DNA from: Yuukianura sp. NJ FZ-2021
Taxonomy: Eukaryota
Direction: 5' to 3'
Assembly (NCBI GenBank): GCA_046563655.1
Contig: CM102285.1
Span: 8,804,001 to 8,868,000 of the forward strand
DNA length: 64,000 bases
The notes below the pieces were generated by a model. It was given only the letters and a program-made list of their open reading frames with translations. It was not told the DNA's origin and ran no database searches. This document shows positions 1-15,800 of this stretch, in pieces (position 1 is the stretch's first letter; the number at the start of each line of letters is the position of its first letter). The translations under genes and the position numbers were made by a program.

Positions 1-317
1 ACCGGAAGTTCTACCATCAATTTCCAACGTGTCGGAGCATGGACGACACTTGATCCAGTCACACTGCGTAACACTGAGCATGTTGGTAAGCTGACACTTA
101 AAAACTATCCAAATTAATTAATCCGAATTCGTAAATTCATAATTCTAAAGCATTTTGGCTCAATTACTAATCGAAATCTGTTGCTTTCCAGGAAAGAGTT
201 CAATTTATGCACACGACGACAAATAAGCTGTTAAGTCCACTAACGAATTCGGATGGACTTTTGACTCCGCCAAAAAGCGGAGAAAAACAGACGAGACAAA
301 AACGCTGGCAACTGTAG
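1..317 (+). CDS. CycE: Cyclin E, last two coding exons (gene starts before the window); exons <1-85, 192-317
   Basis: Splicing GT at 86 to AG at 191 gives ...RHLIQSHCVTLSML|ERVQFMHTTTNKLLSPLTNSDGLLTPPKSGEKQTRQKRWQL*. GLLTPPxSG is the cyclin E C-terminal Fbw7/Ago phosphodegron, and IQ(T/S)H precedes it as in known cyclin E proteins. Confidence 0.85.
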
Positions 318-720
318 CCCAATATTTTTTAACAAATAAGGTGGTAATAATTTTAGTTTCGATGAGTCTGGTGTATTAGGTTTACGTTTACTTGTAATAT
401 TAATTTATCGTTTTAAGGTTTTAACCTTTATAACAAGCAATACTAATTTCTAATTCATGTACATAGGTTAATTATCAAATGAGGAGAAAAAAAGCATGTC
501 GGTTCGCACAAGACTCGGAACAGTTTTGAGTGAAGAAGACTTGGAATTCATTTGCTAATCTTTCTTTTGCGGGCAATTTCCATTTTTACCTAAAAAGAAA
601 AGAGGATGGTGATGACGAGACGAGGGACTTGATTTCTTAGTAACTTCAAATGCAATTAAACAGGCGTAATTAACACAAACTGAGGTGTTGGAATTGTTTC
701 TGCCTCCGTCTGCATTGACT

Positions 721-2285
<1,565 letters not shown>

Positions 2286-3405
2286 TCTCTCAAGTGTTAC
2301 TTCAGTTAACTGTAAAGAGGAAAACACATAAATGAGAACTTGTCCTGTGATTACACTGAATTTACACGTGATGCATGTATTGCTTGAATAGACTTACTAA
2401 ATGATAACAAAGTTCGACTCCTTTAGCACAAAACAGAGATCCAAAAATGACTCACTTGCTCAAATAGCTTTTTTTCAAGAGTAATCTTTGGGATGAAATG
2501 GTTTTGCGACTCGTCCTTTCCGTTTTTTGTTTGGTAATGGAGATTTGAGAGATTCCTTGTTAGTATTTCTTTACGTTGTTCCTAGAAGTATGAAATAAAC
2601 AAAAGAGTGTCAGTGTCACTGTAATACAAAAACTCAATGGTCTTCCAATAAGTTTCCCAATAAATTTTCACACTTTTACAGAAATCGAATCGTACTGACT
2701 GTTTCAATAAAAGACTACAATATAGGAACAGTGAACAGTCACTTTACTTCCAGCTGCGCCGTTCGGATGACCAGAATAGTAATCTGCTTTTGTATGGTGG
2801 TGACGACAAGAAAGAGGAGGCTATATCCACGTCCTGTGAATTGAATTCGAGGGTTCAGGGAGAGTTGCATGGACTTGGACATTATAATTTTCCTTTCTCA
2901 ACATATGCGATGCGTAGTCACCACAAACGGAGATATCTCAGCTAAAACCATTCCAGACCACAACCAGAAGCGCATGGCGAAGGTTCAACTAACGGGGTTT
3001 TCTCCAGGACATTCTTAGCAATATCTTTACGCTTTCTGATTCTGTATTAAGCAGTCGCTGGCTTAGGAAAATTACATTAAAAACAACCAGACTAGACATA
3101 AGAGAAGAGATGTAACCACAAATACGAAATACTTTGTTAGCGGATGCAAATGGTTAGTACTTCCGCTATAGTTAAGTTGTAACGTTTACCTTTTCCGCCT
3201 GCTTCCAGGAGGATAATAGATCTGTGGATTCGTGTATTCCAGTTCCAGTTGTACAATTTGTGAACTCAGAACAATTGAAATGTACAAAATAATCCGGAAA
3301 ACCAGAACTAAAAAGTTATGAAGATATTAGAACTCAAAAACGAGAAAGCAGAATAATATGAATGGGAAAAAAAGAGAAAAGATTCCTTTGTTTATTTTTG
3401 AATAA

Positions 3406-3537
3406 TTTGAATTTTAGCGCCCCTTACTGTAAAAGTTGAAAACTGTAAATTGATGTTTGTAAACAAAAACAAAGGAGAGGTGAATGACCGAATGACATAT
3501 GCAAATTAGGCTAGTTTAGGAGCGCGGGAAATTCAAA
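3406..3537. promoter_or_regulatory. Putative bidirectional Rab2/par-6 promoter with two oppositely oriented E2F/CHR-like composite motifs
   Basis: TTTGAATTTTAGCGC (3406-3420) and GCGCGGGAAATTCAAA (3522-3537) lie between the divergent genes. Octamer ATGCAAAT at 3499-3506. Confidence 0.5.
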
Positions 3538-4727
3538 ATTCAATCTTTTTTTTTATATTTTTATTTTAATTTCTCACTCATTCATCATTTCTTCATTTCT
3601 GCTTTGTGTTTATCGTTTATCCAAAACTTGAAACTCGATTTAATCCTGACTGAATCAATTTAAACATCGATGATTTCGTTAAGATTAACTCGTAGGATTA
3701 GTACCTAGTTAAAAAGTTAAAAATTTTAACTGAATAGCCGAAAAACAAGAACAAAAACGAAGACAGAAGGAAATTACGTGCATCAGCTGGGTTTTGAAAA
3801 CGTCATTTCATCTGTTTCAGATTACTGCAAACAGGTTAATTACCAACTAACGGCGACCATCGCAGCATTTAACAACCTTTTTAGTTGTGACCATGGCCAA
3901 GTGTCACAGTGTGACGAGATGACAATCTTAATCGTATATTTGCTTTTACAGGTCCTCGTGCAACTTGAACCAGTAGCCACACGACACCCTGTTGAGATCT
4001 CTGGTGGATTCAAATATTGTCGCATACCTTTTCAAAGATCAGCAGCATTGCAGTATTCGATGGGATCGGGGTGTTCGAGGTATGTTTCGGTAGGAGTCAA
4101 GTGGAATGTGGTAGATCGCATGACTATGAATTAAATGAACTCTATAGACAAGCAAGCGAGACCTCCAAGCCTTAATAATCTGCCCCTTCCGTCTTCGTAA
4201 GGCTTGGTGCTGCTGGTGAACTACTTTGGCACAATAGGAAAGGTAGGCGGATGATTACTAGAAGAGGAGCCAGGGAACAGGTTGTTTCCTCTTCAATATG
4301 TTTCATCTTTCGTCTCGTCACAGTGTACAGGTAACAAATGCCTTAAAACGATATAAATTGTCAGACATATAGCTGGTCTATATCTCCATTGTTGAGCTTC
4401 CTTGGATATTCTTGCATTACTCACCACTAAAACTCTTCAAATGCGAAATAGTGTGTAGTTGAACAAGTGTGTATTACTGCGCAGTCGGTGATTAAGATTT
4501 TAAGTGCTAATTATTCATTTCTCGTATCTTATTTCTCAAGGCAAGTGACTCAGTTTGGATGATCGTGGATGACAAAAAGGACAATGTGTGATGCGACGGA
4601 GGGTGAATGAACCAGGCGTTAACATTAAAGTGATTTCACACAAGTGCTGACCAACTACTAACTTAATTCGGCCTCAAACCGCAAGTTCGCCCTAGGTGCA
4701 AAGCCTTGCGTTTCGTCTGGGGGAAAA

Positions 4728-6223
4728 ATGTCCAGGAATCGTCTACCACAACAAGGAAATCGATGGTCTAATCATGTAGAGGTTAAGTGTAAGGTAAGTG
4801 CGTAAGTAATCTTAGAAGGTCTCGGTCAAGAGGCGTATAACTTACCAGTTCAATTTTTATTGACTTTCCAAAAATTAAATTAAACTTTTATTTTATTTTT
4901 TCAGTTTGAAGCCGAATTTAGAAGATTTTCAATTGAGAGGTCTTGTAGAAGTTTTGAAGATTTCCAAAACCTGCTAGCTAAACTGCATCACGTGGAGAAT
5001 ACTCCGTTTTTGATTAGCTACACAGATCCAAAGGACGGCGACTTACTGCCAATAAATAACGACGACAATTTTTCTCTGGCTCTTCAAAATTCACGCCCCC
5101 TTCTTCGTGTTCTTCTTCAGCGTCAGGGTAACTCTTTAGCAGACTTCAATGGATATGGTCACAAGAAACCGACGCTGATTTCTTCACTTTTAACACCGAG
5201 GCAAAAACCGACTCAACATCCGCTGACAATCTCCAAACCACAAGACTTTCGACAAGTATCTGCGATTATTGATGTCGACATTGTCCCTGGTGTGTTAATT
5301 AATGCCTAATTAATGAATCAAATTCATTTCTTAAATCATTATCATTTTCTTTTATTGCTACAGAGACATGTCGAAGAGTGAAGCTTCTGAAGCATCACAA
5401 TTCAGATAAGCCCCTTGGTTTTTACATCCGAGATGGAACTTCAATCCGAGTGATACCTAACGGCCTAGAGAAAGTTCCCGGAATATTTATCTCAAGGTTT
5501 GTGTAAATTTAAACTAAAACATGTAATGCATAAAGTACAAACCAGAGTCATTTAGATCAAAGTTGAATGTACTGATTCTCTAACTCACTATTAGGCATGG
5601 CACTAAATGTTGATTTTTATCGCAGACTTGTGCCTGGGGGTTTAGCCGAATCGACGGGGCTTTTGGGCGTAAATGATGAGGTCTTAGAAGTTAACGGAAT
5701 CGAGGTGCATGGAAAAACATTGGACCAAGTAACTGATATGATGGTGGCCAACAGTTCAAATTTAATCGTCACTGTGCGGCCAGCAAATTGCCAATACCTG
5801 ACGCCACGTCGTGGTTCGCTAACCAGAACTTCGCAGCTCTCCGCCAATTCCCAACTTTCAGCTAATTCCCAATCACAGCAATCTACCGGCTCAGATGACG
5901 ATAGGTAACGGCCTGAAAAATACTACAATTGCCCAATTTAGAAAACCGGTCTTTTCCAAATCATAGTACAAACGAAGTGCTCAATATCATTCTTATAGCA
6001 ATGATTTTAAAAGTAGAACTTAGTGCTTGAGCTTCTTAAACCATTATTTTCGCCTAAGAATTCCAAAACTTTATGTTTTTAAATTGTTTTGTTTCATTTG
6101 ACTTTATTTTTGCTTCTTAGGTTTGACCAGGATGAAATTAGAGATTTAACGGGAGTTCATTTGGAGGATTCAATTCCATTGGCAAGTAGTCACACGGCCA
6201 CAAATGAAGAACTTCACTTGTAA
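4728..6223 (+). CDS. par-6: Partitioning-defective 6 (PB1, semi-CRIB, PDZ), 5 exons (4728-4793, 4905-5289, 5364-5496, 5626-5904, 6121-6223), 321 aa
   Basis: [91 protein letters not shown]; ends EELHL*. Confidence 0.96.
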
Positions 6224-7074
6224 AACTTTTCGTCACTTTTTACGACCACAATTTACAACTTGACATTTGAGTGGATGGAATTCGCATGAGTTGCAATTTC
6301 TGTGCATGACGATCCAACAATCTTAAAAATCTTAGAATATCAAATCAATTTTAACCTTTTTAAATATTTTATCCAATTGACCTTAACTCTTTCCTATCAA
6401 AATATCTTTAGAACTCGGAGGAACCAACAACATTAGTTACGTAATACTTCAACAATGTTTTAGTAGACAACGGCAATAATGTTTAGTGCCCTACACGATT
6501 TTTTAAGTCTTTTTTTAATCGTTTTTATCTGATTTTAAACGTTTTCACCCAATCTCCAATGTTCCGCCCGAGAAACAAACGTATACTACCACACGGAAAA
6601 GTCGTAGTATAGTCAGTCAAATTGTGATTTTATGCAAAGAACAAAACAATGACACAAAGTAATTCTTCATTTCCTCTTTCCCGTCAACCTATGATGCTAA
6701 TTAAAGTAATTTAGGGTGACATTGACTATGATAGTTACTTCCTCAATTCCGGGAGTGTTATAGTGCTGTATTAGAGAGCGATTGGACTCTAAAACTTTGA
6801 GAACCAAAAGTAATTGTTACTGTGCCTTGACCAGAAGATGACCTAAAATCTTAACTAACATTTACATTCCGCCCAGAGTCTAACAAATTGTTATTGTTAC
6901 GAGTCGCGTTACTAGAACCTAATTGTTACGACTTCAATATTCTTGAATTATCAATCAACCTTCTCCGTTTGTTGTTCGTAGAGGGCTCTACATATTCCTT
7001 TATTATGAAAAATAATTATTAAATAAAGAATTATTATAGAAGGAAAACTTACTCAAAAGCGGCTAATAAAAATC

Positions 7075-9509
7075 TCAGCTTGATTTAGACTGACTGTTGG
7101 ATTTGCCGTCGTCGCTGTATTGACCGTATCGTTTTAGGAGTTCTTCGTCAACGAGATGCGTCCCTTCGAGTTGATTGCCAAGAGTGACCCTGGGAAAACC
7201 ATGTTCAAAAAGTTATGAGTACTATTTCAAACGAGATCCAGTGAATAGTTTAGCATTCTGAGCAACTTGCTTGATATTTCCTATGGAAATTGACATTTAC
7301 CAATTTGGTTGAATGTTGTGAGGTCGTCCAAAGAGCTCAATCTTCCGAGTACCGGGAGACAGACGTTCAATGATTCCGTATATTTCATCTGGTTTGTGAC
7401 TCGTAGCTCTCACTTCAGCCACGATTACATCTGCATCCAATCCACGATTTATTTCCGGGCTTCCTTTCATACCAACCAGACAATGTTCTTTTCCATGATT
7501 TAGCCAATGCCCTGAGATTCAGAAGTAATCGATTACTATGATTACTATGGATCACTTGCCAGTAAAAGAAAGCTTGTATACGTACATACCTGTCCGCCCA
7601 GTTCGAATTATCCTTTGAAGTTGATTAGTTTTCACCCAAATCAATTCGTCCACTCTCTCATAACCCCACAGTTGAAGGCATTCGCGACCCAGTTCCATGG
7701 CTCTACAAATAAAAAGAAAAAAGTGAAAACATACTGCCTTGGACTTGGCCATGAGTCTATTGCTACCATTACATTAACAAGTTAGTGTACTGACGACTAA
7801 CCTGCCAGTGACCCATAGGAAGATGAGTCCTTCGTCTTGTAGTGCAGGAATATTGAGACGTCTCATTTCGTCATCCGATAGCGTCCCATAGGGCAACTCC
7901 ATGTGAATATCCCACGGAGGGTCGGCCATTATGACACTGAACTTTCCCAAGATAGTCATGTCAAAGAATCTAAGATCACAATGGATCCACTGAGGAGCAT
8001 GCAGAACCGCAACGGGTTGTGACACCTCTGAGGCTGAGGTTGAAGTCGTCGCCAACACTTTCCCATTATCCGAATCAACTTCATAATGTACGTACCTATT
8101 ATGCAAAGAAATTCAGTTTAAAGTGAACGCGTCGGGTAGGATACTCATTCTCGTTACATTTAAATGTTCATCGTACTTGCAACTTTCCATATGGAAGCAA
8201 GTGTTGAGAAAGGAACAGTCGCCAAGAGTTTCATCCGTGTGGCTTTGGATGATTTTTCGGAAGTGGAGTTTGTCACAAGGTTTATTGTTGGTCTTGACTT
8301 TACGGCAGTCGCTCTTTGTTCCATGAGGACAAAACTCCCTGCAACAAAGTACGCATGATGATGAAAATTGTAAATATTTTAATTGCAAGGGCTAATGTTA
8401 AGTAAACGAATCTTATAATTTACCTCACGACATTGCCCCCTTGCGATCGAAATTTTTCTGCCAATGTTTTCTCTTTGGCTGTCGGACGACTGAGAAGTTC
8501 AAGAATCTCTTCTCCAATTCGTTTGTTTTCCCTTTCACGACTCGACGCCATTGAAAGTAGCATCTGTAGCAGTCACATCAAAAGTATATCTTAAGTATAA
8601 CGTGAACTCTGTAGTGAATACTAATAATCTACCACCCGACAATGTCAATTTACGTACTTGAACATCGTCCGCCTCGGGCTCACATCTTTTTTCATCCGGC
8701 TCCTCAGAATCATCCGCTCCGTCTTTAGGACCATGACTTGCTGGAAACAGTAAGATGCTTATTACACGGGTGTTTTGAATTTGAAGAAAAGATATGACAT
8801 TACCTTTTCGTTTTCTTGATACATTGTTAGTGGAAAGCATGGCCAAAAGTTTTGGCTGTTCAGCCGTGACAACTTCATATAATACTCCAGCGTCCGTCGG
8901 CTTCTCCTCAATCCTGAATTAACGATTTGAATCAAGTTGAAGAAATTGAATGAAAGTACTATAAATTCTTGCTAAAAGTACTGTCAGAACTTACTTGATA
9001 ATTTGTTGAATAACAAACTTCTGTAATAAATTATGAACTTGATCATGATTAACAACGCCCTTACGCTGTCCAATTTTCTTGTTAACATTGATTAAGAGTT
9101 GCTTGGAATCCACCGGTAAATTTACGGCCACATCACACAGGCATCCAAGTAGGGTAGTCTCAATTTCAGAATCTTGAACTTTTTCCAAAACTAAAAAGAA
9201 GATAACAGGAACACTAGTTATGCAATAGCAAATTTTGTATTCCACAACCCATATTTTAGGATTGTTTCATAATTTTAGTCCAACCCAATTTTATATACCA
9301 TTGAAATAGTCGTTTGGGGAATCAGTATCTACAACTGAGTCAGGTTGACTCGAAGATTCACTGACCCTGGACGAGGATGTGGATTGTTGTGAACCTGTCA
9401 AAATTTCAGTTCGTTCCTTCTTCCGTTCTTCAAGTTTTTTACGGCGACTATCCCGTTTCTGTTTGATTGCTTGAAGTTCAGCCCATGCATCATCTGTCTC
9501 CGCTGACAT
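7075..9509 (-). CDS. Mettl3: N6-adenosine methyltransferase catalytic subunit (MT-A70 family), multi-exon
   Basis: Two CCCH fingers (EFCPHGTK...[16 protein letters not shown]...CKYVH), catalytic [57 protein letters not shown]. Stop TGA at 7077-7075. Confidence 0.96.
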
Positions 9510-9787
9510 TGCATCAAAAATTGTTGGTTTTCCTCTTAAGCGGTCCTGTAACTAATGCAACCCTATAACTTGCCTACCTAATACAGTGATTAGTTAGCTT
9601 ATCGAGTATCGACATTGAACTGAAAAATTAACATCTAATTTTCTAATTTCAATTTAAAATGTAAAGTCCTCAAATCAAAAGTCAAATTTATTTTTGTGCT
9701 GGTTTGTTTTGTTCTTTGTTGTCAAAATTGTTTGGCGCCTGCAAAATTTAAATTTCCAAAATTAAATTATGTTGTGTGAGATATTTC

Positions 9788-9800
9788 CCACTAGATGGCA
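9788..9800 (+). promoter_or_regulatory. CTCF-like insulator motif upstream of METTL3
   Basis: CCACTAGATGGCA closely matches the CTCF core consensus. An E2F-like TTTGGCGC lies at 9731-9738. Confidence 0.55.
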
Positions 9801-12800
9801 ACTTTAAACAACGACAATTTACAAACGACGCCTTCCCATGAAGTTGCATTTTTTCCACATTTTTAATTTTTTAAAAATTATGTTTCATTGTGGAAAGTGC
9901 AACACGTTAACCAGTGTTAGATAATTTAATGTTAATTACTTGAAACGTTCGTTGACTAATTGGAAACCTCCTGCGTTTAAGTTTCGCCAATCAGAAACAG
10001 ATTAATCAATAATAGTTGGGGCAAATGAATCATTTGAAATGATGAGTAACTGCTGTGTTGCACTAAAAGTTTAGTGAAAGTATTGAAACTCAATTGACTT
10101 TTAGGGAGAAAGGCCAACTTCTCATTACTTGCTGATGAAATTTTGCGAGAGGAGCTAAATTACGAGTTCGGTATTCTTGTAATAAATAACACTTTCAACA
10201 AGCTTAACTTGTCTGTTAAAACCTAAAGAAGCTTAACCAAGACATTTCTCTTGATTTGACCTTCTGTCATGTCACTTTCTCCGCTCATAAATCTTAAAGT
10301 TCGATTTTGTTCAAAAACTCAGGAGAAAGTGTAGGTTTGAGTGTAAAGAGAAAGTGCAGGTTGAGTTAGGTGGAGGAAGTGTCTAAATTACTATTCTAAC
10401 AAGAACTCCAAGTTTCTCAGGTCCAAATCTTGGGCTCTAAAGCTGTCAATGACGCTTACATGACTGATTGGAAGTGAGCGTGAACAGGATTGTCAAACAT
10501 TTGGATTCCAAAATAGCAATGGAGAAAGGAAGTGGCCCAAAACACACCTCACTTTCACCGAATCACATCGGGTTTTGCATGCCAAGGAATGTTTTGTCCG
10601 GTCAAGTCGGAACATTGCATGTTACAAAATCTACGAAATCCTAAAGCCAGAAACGATTAAAAGTTTGTAGCTCAGCAACTTTTAGTCAGTCCTTATCCGA
10701 CACTTAGGACAGGAAATTCTGGGTCAAAAAGGACAACCTCTGCGAAACAAACAGTATTTCTGTCATAGTTTTTGACTTTGAAGAAACTTTGGGTAGATTT
10801 CCAACTTTGATCTCTCTTGAGCTCAAACGCCCTTTGACTGGACACGTAATGCTGGACACAGACGGAAGTGTAACCTGGAGTGCAAAAGTTGCTTTGACAA
10901 CCAACCGCCTTCTTGTCACAAGAAAACCGGACTTGTCGCTTTGTCGTATCGTTTTGGAATCTTCAGTCACGAACTCAAGCTGAGCGGTCCAGCGCTTGTT
11001 TTTGGCCAAATGAGTCACAGCGGGTAGCAGGAAGGTGTTAGGTTCACAATTACCTTAACTTTAAACTAATCGCCTCCTGGCATGCTCATTCAAAGTTGCA
11101 AAAACTACAAAGGAACAGGGGAAACAAATCGTTTTTGAAATTTCGTTCAGCTTTTTGTGTTCCCGACGGAAATTATGCATTAGCCTGACAATTCAACATA
11201 TTTTTACGACTGTACTGTAAAAGTCGCCATAATCGCTGCTGAAATTAGCCTAACCTTAAATAACCTTGAAGCCAGCAGGAAACCTCCGTTTGACAAGCCA
11301 AAACCCTAATTTGGAGAAAGCAATCATTCCAATTCCATGCGGCGCAATTAAAATCAAAACCTACTTTCCCCTACCTTCATTTCTATTTATGTTTCCTTTT
11401 CCTTTTGGCATAAAATCCACAAAGCTTATGCTTTTTAAAGTAGTTTTCAAAATTACCATACGAAAGACGAGAGAAAAGGAAAAGAAAAATTGCCGAGAGG
11501 ATTCATCAGGTTGCTTTGGACGAGTATAATCCAACAGCGGGATAAACGTACGTCATTCGAGGGTGGGGCTTTACGATTGTGGAACCATATGGAAATTGGT
11601 GACTTTTATGCGACATACGTGCTAGCTCAGAGATGATTACTCTAGACATGGACTATTTTCCTAAAAAATTAAGACTCGTATTTTAAATTGAGTCATAATT
11701 TTGAACAACTTGGCACTTAGGCAGCAGGAGGGTGGTCTTGAAACAACTTTCTCTTCATAAAACGTTACTGTGAAGAACCGCTGAGGCTTTCCCCTCCAGT
11801 TTATGGACTCCGTTTCTTCGCGTCCTCAAGTGTGTACTAACGCCAATTTTTACTCGGTCGTATTAGACGCTTCCCTTGAGTCATTACTTTCTTAAGTTGA
11901 AAAGTAATCTCAGAGAAAGTAAGTCTCCAAGCTGTTCTGAACAATTTACCAAATTGGATGGATCCCATCTTCATATAGCCTTTACGTTCGTGTGGGGGAT
12001 GGTAATGGTAAATTTGTCAAAAACAGAAGAGAGATGGACTACTGCTGAATTCATTTTAAAAAGTCTTAGAATATGGAAAAAAGAAAATCCACTTTCCTAA
12101 TTTTTACGGAACAGAACACAATTTTGAAAATGCTGATCCAATTTTGGATGGAAAGTCTAGAAAAGGAAAGTTTTGTTTCGTATGGTTTTCCCTTCTGTTT
12201 TGTTTCGTAAATTATTCAGATGGAAATGCAAAAGTTTGCATTCATGGCCGAACCAATGGAAATGGAAATGTTAAGACCTGATTAGGTGATCAAAGTTAGA
12301 AGTCTGAAAGGTTCTTCCTTTCAATTTTCATTCAAAAAATTCAAAATTCTTGAAAGTTTTTACCTCCTTTTTCAAAAACTTTCATCTCTCCAGAGATTTT
12401 CAACTTTGTTGTGCACTGTCTTCCCGAAACAGCGTTCCCAATACCACAGTTCTCATGCAAAACTTTTACTAAAAAGGCTGGAACTCACCCGCCTTAAGTC
12501 AGTCCGCGTTCTCTATTCCATTGTGAGGATTTTGAATTGAAATTTCTGTATGAAAAAGAAAGGGAGTTTCTGGGTTCTTTATGATGGAGAAAATTTTTCT
12601 GTGGAGATCACATCAGAATTTATAAGCTCCCCCCTCTCAAATTGCATTTTAAGCTTAGACAAACATATGGGTGGGATTTGGGTGGATCTTAAATCTTGTT
12701 TGCTGAGGTGCTTCCTGGGCGGTTCGCTTTCTTCGTTTCTTTCTTTTCAAAGGAGCAGAGAAATTCCATATTTTCATTTTTCCAAATATTTCATTTTTTA

Positions 12801-15800
12801 TGGACCCTATGGAATCAATTCACAAGGCCAGAAGCAGAGACACTACTGCTCAATTCATCATTCTAATTCATTTCTTCGGCGTCCTCTTTCCGGGACAATG
12901 GAAACAGACAATTTTAATAAGTTTCTGGGTCTACAAAGGAGGTCAAAGGTCGTGCGCGTTGACAGTGACATTTTAAGGTTGCTTGTTCTGGAGGCGTGTG
13001 GTTTCCTTTGGTCTGAGTGCTTCAATTGCTATGGTTTTCGGTCGTAAATCCTTGGGATCCCATCCATCCAGCCACAATAAGTTTACTTTCTCTTCCAAGC
13101 AAAGTTACTTTCTCGGCTTTCTGCATTTGGAATCCACTGGCTCCTCCGTGGGAGATGATCGTATCAGACTCAAATTGACGGGCAGAGGAGACGCACTTCA
13201 CAAATACCAAGAACTTAGGCCTAGATTGCTTTTTGTCTTCTCTTGAGCCTTCGAAGTTCATGGACAAACCTCTTGAAACAACGCAGAGCTTGAACAAAGC
13301 AAATGAAATAAAGTCTCTTTTTTGAAAAGTCAACAGAAGCTTTGCAATAATTGGGATCTTTTGTTCTGTTTGTTTTCTGATACTGTCTCTTTTCAATTAT
13401 TTTTCCGTCCCGGATCAAGGCACTCGAACTAAGTTTTTAAAAAAGTTTGTTTTTTCAAAATGTGATATTCTTGAGTAAATTTGAAGTCCCAATTTAGTTT
13501 GCTTTGTTCGTTGCTTGTTAGCGAACTTTTTTCCTGCACAAGATTGATGAAGAAAACAAAAATTTTCGCACTCACAGACAAGAATTGGCAAGGAGTCAAA
13601 GGAGATGTGCTAAAATGTCGCTTTTGCATAAAAGAGTAATTACGAAGAAAGAAATGATTCATGAGGAGGACAAAAGGAAGATGAAGTTGGGTAATGTCCC
13701 ATTTCCGTTCTCGTTTCTTAGCTCTAATGCACACCAAATTCTCAAGATTTTCTTGACTTTCTCTTTTAAAGTGTTTCCAAGCTCTACCATGAAAAGATCT
13801 TGGTTAAAATTTAATTCAAACTGCCCATTTGAAGTAATCGTAAATTTTGACAGAAGAAGCTTTCATGGTTATTTCCTAAATTTTGGCTCAATACACAAAA
13901 GTTACAAATGGAATGAGAGAAAATTTAGAGCTTTTACTGTCCATTAATTTCGTATTCAAGAAAAAACTCTGGATTCATCTCCCCAAAAATTGTTTTCTAC
14001 AAAGAATTTCCCCAAAAATGGACAGGTTTTTAACACAATTGCATTTTTTTTTCGATGATTTTGCATTTTTATGTATCCGAGCTCGTTAAAAGTTGTAATA
14101 AATAGGTTTTAGAATACTTTCCGAAGACGTGACTTCTGAAGTTAGTTGAACAGTAAACTTTTATGCATTTAAGCAAAACCTAAAACCTCTCCAACATCGT
14201 CTCTGGAACCTTCAATTCGGATTTAAGTTGAAGCTTCCAGTCCATTTGATGGAGACAATGCTTTATCCCGATGCTTCTTCTCTGAGTAATGGCCACATGG
14301 GTTGTACCAAAGTGTCCAAACCACTCAGGGGCCACAGAATTTCAAACGAAGTGAATGTGCCAAAGTGACACTTTGACGGAGATATGTTCAAAAAATAAAC
14401 AAAAGCAAAAAGTATGCAATCATGGGATAAACCACACGAAAACTTTTCAATCTCAGTTGAGTTCCAACTTTTCACAGGCATTGTCACACTTTCCTCTTCG
14501 GAGAAAGCTGGTTTTCTTCTTTTTTTTTTATATGAAAAGGACAAAATTGATTTTTTTAGATTTCTCACATACAAATAAAAAAGAGGAAATAACTATTTCT
14601 GTAATAGTATTCTGAAAACCACTCAGGAAAGAAATGGGAAGTTTTGTTCTGATCCATGGAGACTCCATTCAACTTCAACGGGGGAAATGATGAATTTCCA
14701 TGTCATTTCAAGGAATGAATTTCAATGAAGTGAATGAATAAGCGCCACCACCCAAAATATGAACTTCCTGGTGACGCTTATGTTTCAGGCGCATATTGAG
14801 TGGCTCATATTGGAGTGGCGCAAATGGTTGCTACTGCTCCCGTTGATGACTTTAGGAAAGGTGAACAGGACAAAGTGATTTCTATTGAAGCCTTTTCTAT
14901 TCACTAAAATTAAGGTTAATTTATGTGGGACATTGGGTAGTTGATGGATGCTGCTGAGAAAATCCACTGCAGAGAGTATCTCTGCTGGAGTCTAAATTGG
15001 GGTTACATGACTTTCTCATTACTTTCTAAAGTTCTTTGCATTGAAATTCAAAAGTGTCTTGGCTCTCAATAAATAAATTGTGTGATGATTTCCAGCTGTG
15101 TTGGATTTTTAGTATTTTTTAGGATTCTGACATGTGCCAATCTCTCTATAGAAAATCAACATCCAATGCAGCACGCCCAGCATTCGCATGAAGAAAGTTA
15201 GATATTTCTTGGCAAGATTTATGGAAAAGAGCGATTAAAATCTATGTAACACTGAAAGCCTCCTGTCAAAACCCTCGTGCCCAATTTAAACATCAGTTTT
15301 CAAGGAAGCTTGAAGTTGGAGAGTAAAAAAAAAGTTGAAGGGGGATGAAAAAGCACACGATTTTTCTTTCGAAATGATTGAAATCAGAACAACAAATGGG
15401 ACACTTTAAACGAGACGCTTCAGTCAAGCTGCGAGATGCGAGGCTGTTTTTCTAAACAAGTCATTCATCATTCTATAATAGATGCATGGTCTACACGCCT
15501 CTTTTTCCCAACTTTTTTTTTTAAAGATTTTCGCCAATTTCTTATTGGATATCAAGCGTACTGCTGAAAGTCGTAGGATCCCATTTCAAAATGGTTTCCT
15601 CTACAGTCCAAGTCGGTTTCTCAAGTACTGAAATATTAACAATACAAAACACAACTCACACGACATGCAAGTGACGTGTTGCAGTATTCCCAAATTGGAA
15701 AGTTGGAATACGGTGGAAAACTTATTCCTGAGAAAGTTGAATACATAAGTTGACATGGAAAATATCACGAGAGGCTTTTGGATAAGACTTTTACTGGAAT

